From a virus (Duplodnaviria; Heunggongvirae; Uroviricota; Caudoviricetes), in IMG/VR virus record IMGVR_UViG_3300009614_000107: 64,000 bases of DNA; one strand, 5' to 3'. The position numbers and the translations under genes were made by a program. The notes under the pieces are model-generated. The model ran no database searches. It had not been told where the DNA came from and saw only the letters and a list, made by a program, of their open reading frames with translations. The first letter of the stretch is position 1. Each line of letters begins with the position of its first letter. Below, piece by piece: positions 37,803-48,322 of this stretch.

Positions 37803-39095
37803 TTATTCCTCTACTATTTCTGCTTCTACTGTGATCTTGTATTTTATTTTTCTATTATACATATCATCTGGAAACATATTATGGAATGAAAAACCAGAGT
37901 TTTGATATTCTTGCCATTCTTTCCAGGCTTTACGTTCAGCCTTGGTTTTTAATTGTGTTGGCATATACTCTTTGGGTGGGGATATAGGATAAATTATACC
38001 TGTATCTTCTTCACCTGTAACAAGTTTTCCAGTTCCTTCAAACACTTTGTTGAACTTAGGTTTCATAGTAGATGGATGTGCGTTTTGCGTTTATAAATAT
38101 TTGGAAATTAAGATTTTAGAAATTTTATCCGTGACTCCAGCAGTATTGTTTTTTTAATTGATCTGCTAGTTCTTCATCATATTTGTTTGGGCTTTTGTGC
38201 ATATTTATTTCTCGATAAAAAGAATGAACGTGTACTTCTTTCTTGTGAATGGGGCAGTAGATTCTGTTGATCTCTGACTCCTTCATCATCACGCCTTGAA
38301 TTATACAACCACAGTCTGTGATCCATTGACTCACAGGTGGATCAAATGAATTTCTTGGCATAACATCAACACTGAATTAGAATTTTTTCTATTTTATTTG
38401 GAAAGAAAGATTTGTTGAATGGTTCGTACTCTTTTCCTTTTGGATCATAAAGTGTAACTACACCATTACCATTTACAGTAACAGACTTACACATAATTTC
38501 CTTTGGAAGAATTGACTTCTTCAGGGTAACAGTAACCTTCAATTTGAACCAATAAGATAGTGTAACTATCTTTTATAAATATTTGGACTATTCTGCATTT
38601 GTTTCTTGGGCTACCAAGAGATTATTCGCCCTGCATCTAGCCATATAGATATCATTCAATATCTTACAGCTTGGGCATTCTATTTCTTCTGGAACTTCGT
38701 TCCTGTACAACTTAAAACTGCCTGAAGGGATCTCCTTCTTGCAGAAACTACACACCATCGTGTCTGTCAACAATGTTCTGTTGGATTACCTTTGCGATTC
38801 TTGCGATAGTATGACAGTATGCGCTAGAAGATAAATATTATCATAATGAGTCGAGTTAAATTCTATCATCGTGTGGTCCTACACTCATAGTCCATAACCA
38901 CTTCCACTCTTTACATCTTGGATTATGATCGTGATAGAGTCCCTGGCATTCTGAACAAAGTGACCACATATCACATCCTGCAAAGTCGCACTTGTCGTTT
39001 GCGTGTAGTATGACAAACTCGTCATATGCTTCCTTTACCTTCTCTCTGAAGGATTCAATCTTTTTCAAAGTCGCTTCGGATAAAACGGTTGACAC
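37803..39095 (-). other. small hypothetical ORFs, several Zn-ribbon-like (37803..38066, 38125..38361, 38588..38773, 38856..39095)
   Basis: ORF track, TATA motifs between them. Confidence 0.5.
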
Positions 39096-39143
39096 AAGAT
39101 CAGCCTCAACCTAAACATAGGAAGTCAGTTAAAATACTTTTTG

Positions 39144-39296
39144 TCAAGACATACTCCTCATATCTGATTTTGCCTTGGCTTCATAAATGCACTTGCTGAT
39201 ATACTGTGAAAGGGAATATCCTTCTTCTCTGGCTTGTGCCTTCAGCCAGATCATAAGATTTGCATCAATGTAGGTTTGCGCTTTTAATTTGCTCAT
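39144..39296 (-). CDS. ribbon-helix-helix DNA-binding protein (not in ORF track)
   Basis: Hand translation MSKLKAQTYIDANLMIWLKAQAREEGYSLSQYISKCIYE... Confidence 0.65.
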   Translation of the reverse strand: MSKLKAQTYIDANLMIWLKAQAREEGYSLSQYISKCIYEAKAKSDMRSMS

Positions 39297-39735
39297 TTTT
39301 TAGCATACCTTATATTTTTATGATGATTGGGAACCCATCTTGTTCTGCTAAAAGAAATTCTATCACCAGATTGAGATATAAATGAAATGTGTGCTGTCTG
39401 TTTGTGCATACCAATTCTTTTTCTATTCATTTTTCTTTACAGCACTCTCTTCTTTTTTAACTGGGGTTCTTACCTGATCTTCACAAGAATGACAGAAATT
39501 ACACACACCACTTGGTTCCTTGTGAACACAATAATTATTTGGATTATAAAAATCTTTACAGTAATAAATCCAAACCATTTATTTTATACCCTTCTTCAGA
39601 TTTTCATTTTCAATGGCCAATCTTTCATTTGCATTTTCAAGTTTTTCTGCTTCAATTGCCATCTCTTCAAGCCAATCTCGTTTTCTATTATTTAGACGGT
39701 AAAGACGTTTCTCGTATCTTATTCTGGCACTGAGT

Positions 39736-40453
39736 TTAGCTGGCATTAATTTCACTTTTTTCCAGCCATTTTTTACAATATTTCAATCCTTGAGGTCTAA
39801 ATTCCATATTACCACCTCTAAGTGAAATGAAATCGTGCAGTTCTAATTCTCTAACTAGTTCTAGATTAAAAATATGTGCTCTTAAAAGCACACCGTCTAT
39901 GTGTAGCATACTATAAAGTATGAATTCGTGATCAGAGGTAATCCAAGGATGAAAAATGTGTTTAACATCAATCATTTTGAATCATCCTATTTGGCTGTGT
40001 TTCTCTAGGTCTGGTAATCTCAGTTGTACACCAAAGAAATGGGCGATTTTAGAACACAGGTTATTGTATAGGTACTCTAGACGATGTGTCACCCTCCCTC
40101 TCCTGATTGGAGTCTTTCTGTGACTTGTGCTCTCAATCCTTTTGAGTAGTATAGGCTTTCCCACTGTCCCACGCATACCCGAAACACAATCCGAATAGGA
40201 TATGTGATTAAAACTTATAAATATTTGGAAATTAGGGAATGGCTTTCCATTCAATATGATTGCATTCCTTGCAGCGATAGATTGAACAGTAGAAAGATTT
40301 TGTTTTAGATATTTTGCCACCACCACTAACGAGAGGAGTTGGCTTGCCCTTAACGTATGTAGTGATTATTATCGGACTTGAAGATTGACCTATGTATTCC
40401 ATCTCTGGGTGATTTTTGCATATTGGACAGGCACAACTTTCAGTTACCGACAT
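39736..40453 (-). other. small ORFs 39736..39975 and 40232..40453 (Zn ribbon)
   Basis: ORF track; CPIC...CKEC in the latter. Confidence 0.45.
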
Positions 40454-40556
40454 ATTCCTTCAATAAACTGAATACATTTCTGGATTTATAAATATTTTTA
40501 GAATATAAACAGACATTATAAGAATTTTAATATGTTTTAATCGGGAATGAGAATTG

Positions 40557-40693
40557 GGTGGGTGCTACCCACCACCAGAAGAGGTCCAGACCACGACTGT
40601 CCTACATCTACCGTCAACGTTAGCCAGGACGGTACGCTATCCCTTTCATTGGAGTAGGGCAACTCCATCCTTCGTCACGTGGTAGTTGAAGGC
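40557..40693 (-). ncRNA. candidate structured ncRNA
   Basis: Own TATA at 40715, no ORF; several stems, 5' loop ACCACG complementary to distal CGTGGT, 3' hairpin GGTGGGT/ACCCACC. Confidence 0.5.
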
Positions 40694-40732
40694 AATTTAA
40701 GAAGTGATTATGAATTTATAAATATTTGGAGT

Positions 40733-41487
40733 TTAGTGGATAATGAATGACACTGAATATCCACGTTTATAACATTCATCTAAAACAAGTATGCCAAAGG
40801 CACGACACATCTGCTCTCGAACCATACGATGCTCTGGACCATTTCCACTGAACGCATCCTGATCTATTCCATCTTCTTCAAAAGTACAAAAACCATCTTC
40901 AGTTGGAATCTCCTTATATCGAGCGATAAGTTCAGATAGTTTACAACTACATGGTAGATCTTCTTTTAAACCATATTCTACACATTTGGCATAAAGTGCT
41001 TCTTGACTGATGGACTTTGCAATTTCTTGAAGCTGTGCTCTAGAAATTTCCTGTGAATGTGTGAAAATGTAACCAGGCTCAATTAGAAAGCTAGTACCCA
41101 TTCATATCACAAAACTATCACAGTTTATGTTTATAAATATTATGATTTCTTCCTGAAAACACAGTTATGCCTAATTGATGACTTGCATTTCCTGCAATTC
41201 TTTCTAAGATTTGATCTTGGTGGACACATATTTGTTCAATATATATTGTATGTATGAACTTATAAATATTCGGATTGAATTTATTTTCTATATCTTATTA
41301 TTGTAAAGGAATATCTATTGTCTTTGACTGAATATTTATCTCCTGTTTTTAAAATACCATTTTTATACATATAATCAACCGATTGGTTATAATAACCCTG
41401 TAATTCCTTTTTTGGGATATCTATGATATTAGTGGAATCTGGATATCCAAATTGGGAAAGACGAACATTGAAATTAGTCTTTTTCAT
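40733..41487 (-). other. hypothetical ORFs 40733..41101 and 41281..41487
   Basis: ORF track. Confidence 0.5.
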
Positions 41488-41489
41488 CT

Positions 41490-42932
41490 TTACAACTCCT
41501 TGGCTCTCTTGAGAAGATATTCTCTGGTGTTCTTCTCAGGATCCTCAATGACTTCTTCTGCTAGAGTTTTGAGGACTCTTCCGACTTCTGGTCCTCTGAA
41601 GCCAAGTTCCATTATATCACCGCCACGGATTTTGAGTGAATGCACACCTGTTGGTTCCTTCTTGGCTCGAACTTCTTTGAGTGCTTCATTGAACTCTTTA
41701 CCAAATACTCTTGTTCTAGGAGTTCCTGAACCCTTAATATCAGCTATGTTGAAGGCAACCAGATCGTCAACAAGTTCTTTGTTACCAAGTCTGTTGATGT
41801 ATCGTCTGACATCTTTTGGTTTTATCTTCTTTGAATAGGAGAAGAAATCCATATGGTGTCCTACCATCTCCTTGAGGTATTCCTTCTCAGGTGTCGAGAG
41901 TTTGAGGTTATTTGCTATTTCCTCTGCACGTTTCTCTCCGAGCTCTGCGTGTTCTTGGCTTGGCTTCTCAATATCGTGTATGAGTCCAACAAGTCTGAGG
42001 ATTGGACGTTCCTTTGGAAGTGCTTCCATTGTTTTAATGCTGTGAGTGAGCACATCGTATTTGTGGTATTTCTTTTCCTGTGGCATACCGTCAAGTCTGG
42101 TGAGTCCTGGGATTACTGTTTCCATAAGCCCAGTGTCAACCATCATTCTGACTGATTTTCCAGCTCCGTCTGTTTCAAGTGATTTGAGTAGTTCGTCACG
42201 AACTCTCTCTGCTGGAATTTTGGTAAGCAGTTTGTTTTCATCTTTGATTGCCTGAACTGTCCTTGGATCAGGCTTTGCTCCAAATCGACCAGCGAATCTC
42301 ACAAAGCGCATCATACGGAGTGGATCTTCTCTGAAGCGTTTGTGTGGATCACCTACAGCACGAAGGACGTTATTCTGGATATCCTTCTGGCCACCGAATG
42401 GGTCAATGAATTTATCGTGAATTGGATCGTAGGCTATGGCGTTTATTGTAAAGTCTCTTCTTGAGAGGTCTTTCACGACATCTGTTTCCCATTTAACTGA
42501 GCCTGGGTGTCGAGAATCTTCATACTTGCCTTCTGAGCGATATGTGGTTATCTCTATTGGAGAACCATTGAAGAGGACTGTAATTGTTCCAAACTCTTCT
42601 CCAGTGGGAATTGCTTTATATCCCTTGCTCTGAAAAAGTTTAGTTACCTCTGATGGGGTAGCATTTGTGGTTATGTCTACATCGTGAATGGGATTGCCCA
42701 TTATGAAATCTCTGGTAGCCCCACCGACAACATAACCTTCATATCCAGCATCGTGGAGAATCTGTATTACATCTCTTCCTATGAGCATTTCGGCTGGTAG
42801 ACGGGAGGTGAAGTATTTTGGTATGGTGGCGAGAGGTCGCCTTGTCTCAGTGCCTCTAACGTAGGAATGTACTCGAATACGGTTTCCATTTGGAGTTGTC
42901 CTAACGTGGGATGAGACACGGTGCTTCAGCAC
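41490..42932 (-). CDS. cca: class II CCA tRNA nucleotidyltransferase with HD domain and N-terminal HxVxxHxR tag
   Basis: YVVGGATRD, DVDITT, DLSRRDFTINAIA, EDPLRMMR, ERVRDEL, H...IHDIEKP. Confidence 0.92.
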   Translation of the reverse strand: MLKHRVSSHVRTTPNGNRIRVHSYVRGTETRRPLATIPKYFTSRLPAEMLIGRDVIQILHDAGYEGYVVGGATRDFIMGNPIHDVDITTNATPSEVTKLFQSKGYKAIPTGEEFGTITVLFNGSPIEITTYRSEGKYEDSRHPGSVKWETDVVKDLSRRDFTINAIAYDPIHDKFIDPFGGQKDIQNNVLRAVGDPHKRFREDPLRMMRFVRFAGRFGAKPDPRTVQAIKDENKLLTKIPAERVRDELLKSLETDGAGKSVRMMVDTGLMETVIPGLTRLDGMPQEKKYHKYDVLTHSIKTMEALPKERPILRLVGLIHDIEKPSQEHAELGEKRAEEIANNLKLSTPEKEYLKEMVGHHMDFFSYSKKIKPKDVRRYINRLGNKELVDDLVAFNIADIKGSGTPRTRVFGKEFNEALKEVRAKKEPTGVHSLKIRGGDIMELGFRGPEVGRVLKTLAEEVIEDPEKNTREYLLKRAKEL

Positions 42933-42967
42933 ATCTACCAGCCTTGGGGTAAATAGGCTGTTTAAGT

Positions 42968-45210
42968 TTAAAAGACTTGTGAGTACTTGGGGGAATAACT
43001 TATCTTATTAAAGTACTCTGTTGTGATCGCTCGAATTAAATCTTCTTTATCTTTAATAGATATTTTATGATATATTATTGGCATTACACTGCCACAACAC
43101 TCTGACCAACCATCTCTTATTCCATACTCTAATCTGAGATATTGTATTCTACCACATTTTGGACAACGTACAACTGTATCAAGATCATATTTTAATATAT
43201 AATCAAAATGTTCAATATCACTTAGAGTGAGTGGTTTGTTTTCCAAATCTTCTTTCCATCTCCTCAAACATATCGTGTTTTCCGTGCTTGTATCCGTGGA
43301 TCATTGCCATTCTATAGTGCCAGCCAATCTTTTCAACAAGTTCTGGAGATATATTATCGTGTTCTAAGATTCCTTTAATATATGACCAGTGATCGGCTGT
43401 TCTCTTTTTAAAATCTGGATCATCTAGCAAAGTGCATTCCAGGCATTGGGCATATCTGGTCCAGTGAGGATTGTGAAGAGGGAATACCCTGTGTAAACAG
43501 GACCATCTTCCTCAACATATGTATCATATGACTTTACAAGAAGTTTGTAGTCATATGTTTCGAAGTCAAAGCTGTGACCCACCTCATCATCTGCATTGAT
43601 TCTTGTTGCCATTTCGTAGAACTGCTTTCGAAGTGCAGCGTGTTTGCAGTCAATATAGAACGTCTTTGGTTCATCAAAGAAGTGGAGCACATTCTTCACT
43701 GTGTTTGCAATAAGCCCAATTGAGTCCTCTAGCTCATAGAAGTGATCTCCGTGCTTGAATACCTTATATGCCTTGAACTGCTTCTCTGCTAGGATGAACT
43801 TCTGTACAGAGTTCTGTGCCTCTGCCCTGACATCAACTAGGTGTGGCTGGGAATAAAGGCTCTTCTCTAGGCTTGTGATGATTGGGTGCATTGCGTGTGC
43901 ATAGATGTTGTGCTTTCCAAGGAGATATGCCATATACCTTGGGTTAGTGTTCTCGGTAAACAGGATCTTGGATACATCCCATGTCTTTTCAATCTCGTCC
44001 ATCGACAAGGTTTATCGGACAAGAATAGGTGTGTTGGTTTATAAATATTTAGGCTACTTTGATTTGGAAAGCTGTTTCTTGTAATATTCCCAGAAGTCAT
44101 AACGGACAAAATTGAATAGGAAAAGGATTGTTGATGATATGATTGCTGGAAGGAATAATAATTGACCTGTTAGCACACCAAGACCGAATGTTATCAGACC
44201 GACAGTGATAAGCCAGAAAAAGACTTCAACAATTATTATTGTAACTATTGCAACAGATCTTGGATACTTACTCAATGGATTATCGTCTGACATTTTTACA
44301 CCACAATGTTTATGTTGGTTCCTTTCTGTTCAAGTTGCTTGACTTCAGCATTTTTTATGTGAACAACAACATAATCATTTTTGCCTTCGATTGTGAACCA
44401 AGTCTGCCCATCTTTCACGGTAAGTTTTGATACGTTCATTTCAATTCCTCTAAGTCCATACCTACCTTGGCTTTCCATATTAAGGTATCCTGTCTGCCAG
44501 TCTCTTTTAATGAATATCCTTTGATGAACCGTGAATCAGAGTTCAAATTCATACTGATTCTTCTGACTGGGATAGTTTTGTGATATTTTGTGTGAATGAT
44601 TGTGCTTAGTTTTCTAGATGTTAATCCCATTGGATTTAAACCTAGTATTTTATAACACAAATCATATAGTTCCGTATCGGTCAGGTTGCCTTTTCCGAGC
44701 TTGCCATATCCACAGTGTGTCAAATCTCTTGCCACCATACCTGACATCCATAAACAGTTTCATCTGTATCAAGAACGATTTTTGGTGTAGATGCTAATGC
44801 AAGTCTCTTTCCAATCTTCTCAATCATTGCTGGCATCTTATCTTCAGGAGGTGGAGAAATCCCGAACTTGGCTGCAAGACCGATAACATTTAAACAGTAT
44901 TTTTCCATTAGGATTTTTGTATTTGTCTCTTTGTAAATTGCCTTGTATGCCTCTATTAGGGGAATATTTCCAACATACTCGCCCTCACCAATATAAGTAT
45001 CTTTATCAATCCAAACTTTTACACGTGTCATTCTTGTGATTGCGCCTCTGCATTTGGGTGGTTGCAATATACACCCTTAACTTCCTTATCTCCATAATCA
45101 GCATCGTGGTAGTTGCATCGTTCATCTCCACGAACCCAACAACTGTTTGGGTTTATTCTCTTGCCTGTTTTTGGACAGATAATTGTGAGTTCGGCAATTA
45201 GAAGTTTCAT
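42968..45210 (-). other. run of hypothetical ORFs (42968..43267, 43218..43430, 43424..44008, 44054..44293, 44296..44478, 44436..44747 HTH-like, 44720..45067, 45028..45210)
   Basis: Overlapping ORFs on the minus strand. Confidence 0.5.
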
Positions 45211-45216
45211 TTTTTA

Positions 45217-46053
45217 TCACTCTGCAAATCTCACGAAATGGTGAATTCCACCCTTACGACAGTAAAGTGTGCCTGGGATCGGTTCCTGAGCATCATTCTG
45301 GAACTCTATGACTGCTTTAGGTTTATCATCAACCATTACAGGTGGATATTTTAAACCAAGCTGTTGTTGTCCACCATTTTCTCCGTGCCAATCTGTGGCA
45401 TCTGCTGCCATTGTTAGATCAAGGACGAAATGATATCCACCAGAGGTTTCAGTTATCATAAACCTTGGATAGGAAGCGGTGAAATCAAAGACATCTTTGC
45501 ATATATTGAGATCGGTTGTGTCAACATCAACTGTAACGAAGTGAGTTCCCTTTGCCTTGCTCTTGTGAAGTGCTCCAAAGAACCTAGAGTTCTCCATAGT
45601 CAGGGATATATTTGAACTTTCGTCACGTGAGAGCATATGTTGGATATTGTCTTTCATAACTAGTGTGATAGCCTGATAGACATTTCTTGGGCTAAGTGTG
45701 GCCAGAATGCCCATTGCTTCCTTTGGTATTCTTGGTATGGATTTCTTCTCGGTCTTGACATCATATTGACCATAGTGCTGGAGTATGGCTAAATTATGTA
45801 TTTTATCGAAGTATCTATCTCTCCAGTTGGCTTCCATTTCACCAACTGAGAGTTCAACACCACCAGAGTGCATTGTGGCACGAATGATATCACGCTCGAC
45901 TACAAGATCGCTAAGTTTGTAACCGAGTAGTTCCTTGACCTTCTTTGAACGGACACAGAGCATAGTAAGATGTACTGTGGGTGGTTCTGTGGATAGGTTT
46001 GGGAGTCGTGATATGAATTCTTTTACATCTGATTCAATATATTCTTCAGGCAT
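45217..46053 (-). CDS. AEP/primase-polymerase-like protein
   Basis: hDhD motif VTVDVDT followed by TETSGGYHF. Confidence 0.5.
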   Translation of the reverse strand: MPEEYIESDVKEFISRLPNLSTEPPTVHLTMLCVRSKKVKELLGYKLSDLVVERDIIRATMHSGGVELSVGEMEANWRDRYFDKIHNLAILQHYGQYDVKTEKKSIPRIPKEAMGILATLSPRNVYQAITLVMKDNIQHMLSRDESSNISLTMENSRFFGALHKSKAKGTHFVTVDVDTTDLNICKDVFDFTASYPRFMITETSGGYHFVLDLTMAADATDWHGENGGQQQLGLKYPPVMVDDKPKAVIEFQNDAQEPIPGTLYCRKGGIHHFVRFAE

Positions 46054-46293
46054 TTAGTTTTCCCTCATCTGCTGTCTCTGGCTGAAACGGACATCAGCAT
46101 CATAATGTAGTAGTATCAACAGATTTTGAACATTATTGTCAATTATATCTGTTTTAAAGCTATCATCTATACTTGCACCAGAAATAAGCATAGATATTTC
46201 ATCATAAAAATCGTCTAAGTCTTTTCCAATTTTATCATCTAAGAGTTTTCTCCACCTTTCCATTCTCTCTTCACTTGTTTCTGGGTTGTGCAT
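46054..46293 (-). CDS. hypothetical protein
   Basis: 79 aa acidic ORF. Confidence 0.45.
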   Translation of the reverse strand: MHNPETSEERMERWRKLLDDKIGKDLDDFYDEISMLISGASIDDSFKTDIIDNNVQNLLILLHYDADVRFSQRQQMREN

Positions 46294-46349
46294 TTAATCA
46301 CCATTCAGTTGTAATAAGAGACTATGTTAGTGTTTATAAACATTGTGAT

Positions 46350-46423
46350 TGGTGCTCTGTCTGGGAATTGAACCCAGCCTATCTGGTTGAGAGCCAGATG
46401 TCCTTCCGACAGACTCACAGAGC
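46350..46423 (-). tRNA. tRNA-Glu(CTC)
   Basis: Cloverleaf GCTCTGT...CT-CTC-AA...TTCAATT...ACAGAGC-ACCA. Confidence 0.92.
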
Positions 46424-46428
46424 TTGAA

Positions 46429-46502
46429 TGGCGGTCAGGACGGGATTCGAACCCGTAACGCCTGGTTGACAGCCAAGCAGTTTACCATTAGCCTACCAGA
46501 CC
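46429..46502 (-). tRNA. tRNA-Asp(GTC)
   Basis: Cloverleaf, loop CT-GTC-AA, G73-CCA; U.U mismatch in the acceptor stem. Confidence 0.9.
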
Positions 46503-46740
46503 ACTGCATCTAAGGAGATGTGTATGTGTTTATAAATTTTGTGATTTGTGATGAGCAGTCATTTCTTTATAGAGTCTCATATCATCTGTTTTTACTCTAT
46601 GTTTGCAGGACGCACCAAAGAAACATACACCATCACTCTCATTCATACATAATTTTCCACCATCTGTTTTTCTGCACTCAAAGACCATCATATGCTTTCA
46701 TACGCTTCAGGTATTGGGGTGCATATAAAACTTGTGAAAA

Positions 46741-46876
46741 TGGTGGCGAGTAAGGGATTCGAACCCTTGTTGGAACTCTACAGTGCCAGGTTTCTCCCGA
46801 AGCGGTCTTGAGCCTCACCTTTAGCCGACCCTCATCGTCCTAAGCCTGGTGCCTTCGACCACTCAGCAAACTCGCC
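46741..46876 (-). tRNA. tRNA-Leu(TAG) with 47-nt intron (46792..46838)
   Basis: Long variable arm, loop CT-TAG-G then intron then A; relaxed BHB. Confidence 0.88.
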
Positions 46877-46882
46877 TCATTT

Positions 46883-46957
46883 TGGTGGACGCAGACGGGA
46901 GTTGAACCCGTAATATCGCTTTGCAAGAGCGACAGTTTACCATTAGCTTACTGGCCC
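46883..46957 (-). tRNA. tRNA-Ala(TGC)
   Basis: Loop CT-TGC-AA, G3.U70; one extra nucleotide in the 3' acceptor strand. Confidence 0.85.
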
Positions 46958-46959
46958 AA

Positions 46960-47034
46960 TGGCGCACTCATATCAGAGTTGCACTGATCCACGAAGGTTC
47001 ACAGCCTCCTATGCTTCTGCTACATCAATGGTGC
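46960..47034 (-). tRNA. tRNA-His(GTG), atypical
   Basis: Loop CT-GTG-AA; TGC T-loop, bulged acceptor stem, no encoded G-1, G73. Confidence 0.75.
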
Positions 47035-47071
47035 AGAGGATATTATTCTTTTATCTTATTTATAAATAGTT

Positions 47072-47148
47072 TGGTCGGAATGGTGGGACTCGAACCCAAC
47101 TCCAGAGGTTCTACGGACCCCGATGCTAAACCCTTACACCACATCCCG
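47072..47148 (-). tRNA. tRNA-Tyr(GTA)
   Basis: C1-G72, short variable loop (archaeal/eukaryal type), loop CC-GTA-GA. Confidence 0.85.
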
Positions 47149-47149
47149 A

Positions 47150-47227
47150 TGGAGAGGACGGAGAGGTTTGCACTCTCGGTTTTACCCTTTTGCAGAGGGT
47201 TGCCTTTGACTACTCAGCCACATCCTC
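47150..47227 (-). tRNA. tRNA-Cys(GCA)
   Basis: Loop CT-GCA-AA, U73-CCA, TGC T-loop. Confidence 0.88.
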
Positions 47228-47230
47228 AAT

Positions 47231-47305
47231 TGGCGCAGAGGGAAGGATTCGGACCTTCACGATCTGCCTCAACAGGGCAGTGTTCTGCCATTAGACTACC
47301 TCTGC
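47231..47305 (-). tRNA. tRNA-Asn(GTT)
   Basis: Loop CT-GTT-GA, G73-CCA. Confidence 0.9.
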
Positions 47306-47339
47306 TCCAAGGTAGAGATAGTGTATTCGTTTATAAATT

Positions 47340-47735
47340 TTATGACTCAGATACACCTTTTTCAACGTCTTTTTTTAATTGCTCAAGTTCAAAATTCATA
47401 ATCTGTTTAGTAGTTGGTTGTAGTCTGTTGAGGCTTGCACTTAGACAACTGCCAAGGACAGATATTATATCTGCTGCCTCTAATTCAGTCATTTCTTTTA
47501 TATCAAAACCAGCATCAAAATCCAGACCATTTCTGCAAACACAAAGTCTAATTCTGTTAAACTTCTCGTGTACATCTTTTGGATCCTTTGGTTTTATGAT
47601 TATGCCAGAGCAGACATATTCATTTCCTATGCCATCCATACTTCCGCTTTCAGCAATGAAAAATATGTCACATTCCTTGCATTTTTCACATATCATCTGT
47701 TTTGGATACTCTTCTTTGGGCATATTATCATACAA
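47340..47735 (-). CDS. Cys-containing hypothetical protein inside the tRNA region
   Basis: 131 aa ORF between TATA motifs. Confidence 0.55.
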   Translation of the reverse strand: MYDNMPKEEYPKQMICEKCKECDIFFIAESGSMDGIGNEYVCSGIIIKPKDPKDVHEKFNRIRLCVCRNGLDFDAGFDIKEMTELEAADIISVLGSCLSASLNRLQPTTKQIMNFELEQLKKDVEKGVSES

Positions 47736-47769
47736 ATGAAGATCAGAGAAAAATTATAAATATTTAGAA

Positions 47770-47853
47770 TGGCGCAGAGGAGGGGAGTTGAACCCCCACG
47801 GTACAGGACCACTAGTTTTCAAGACTAGCGCATTGCCATTCTGCCACCTCTGC
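47770..47853 (-). tRNA. tRNA-Ser(TGA)
   Basis: Long variable arm, loop CT-TGA-AA, G73-CCA. Confidence 0.92.
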
Positions 47854-47856
47854 ACT

Positions 47857-47931
47857 TGGCGCAAAGGGAAGGACTTGAACCCTCAAACCCACCTTCGCAG
47901 GGTGGCGTTTTATCCATTAGACTACCTTTGC
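47857..47931 (-). tRNA. tRNA-Arg(GCG)
   Basis: Loop CT-GCG-AA, CCA encoded. Confidence 0.9.
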
Positions 47932-47933
47932 AC

Positions 47934-48007
47934 TGGTGTCCTAAGAGAGAATTGCACTCCCCCCTCAACCTCTTCAGGGTCGGATGCTCCTGCTACACCA
48001 TTAGGAC
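47934..48007 (-). tRNA. tRNA-Phe(GAA)
   Basis: Loop CT-GAA-GA, TGC T-loop. Confidence 0.88.
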
Positions 48008-48009
48008 TT

Positions 48010-48083
48010 TGGTGTCCATAGAACGAGTTGCACGTTCTCCCAATCTGTGTAAGAGACTGATGCTTCTGTTACACTATACGGAC
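48010..48083 (-). tRNA. tRNA-Val(TAC)
   Basis: Loop CT-TAC-AC, TGC T-loop. Confidence 0.88.
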
Positions 48084-48085
48084 AT

Positions 48086-48159
48086 TGGTGCGACTGCTGG
48101 GTATCGAACCCAGATTTTCGCCTTGGCAAGGCAGGGGTCTACCATTAGCCTACAGTCGC
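48086..48159 (-). tRNA. tRNA-Gly(GCC)
   Basis: Loop TT-GCC-AA, A73-CCA. Confidence 0.88.
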
Positions 48160-48161
48160 TC

Positions 48162-48318
48162 TGGTGCGTCTGTCGGGGATCGAACCCGAATCTTCAGCTT
48201 TCCTCCCCTGTGTTATTTCGACACTTTTCCCATACCGTCTGAGACTATTTGACGGATTTTGAGTCCACTGTTTGGGCAGGGATGGAGGGCTGGAGTGCTA
48301 CCATTACACTACAGACGC
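48162..48318 (-). tRNA. tRNA-Gly(TCC) with 83-nt intron (48200..48282)
   Basis: BHB central helix CCTC/GAGG with 3-nt bulges; intron at position 37/38. Confidence 0.85.
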
Positions 48319-48322
48319 TCTT

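Noticed and set aside
40628-40645. TAGCGTA in the 40.6-kb RNA as a seventh Y RNA
   Set aside because: It lacks the GA-TACTT junction, the GAC..TTCC partner strand and a matching terminal stem
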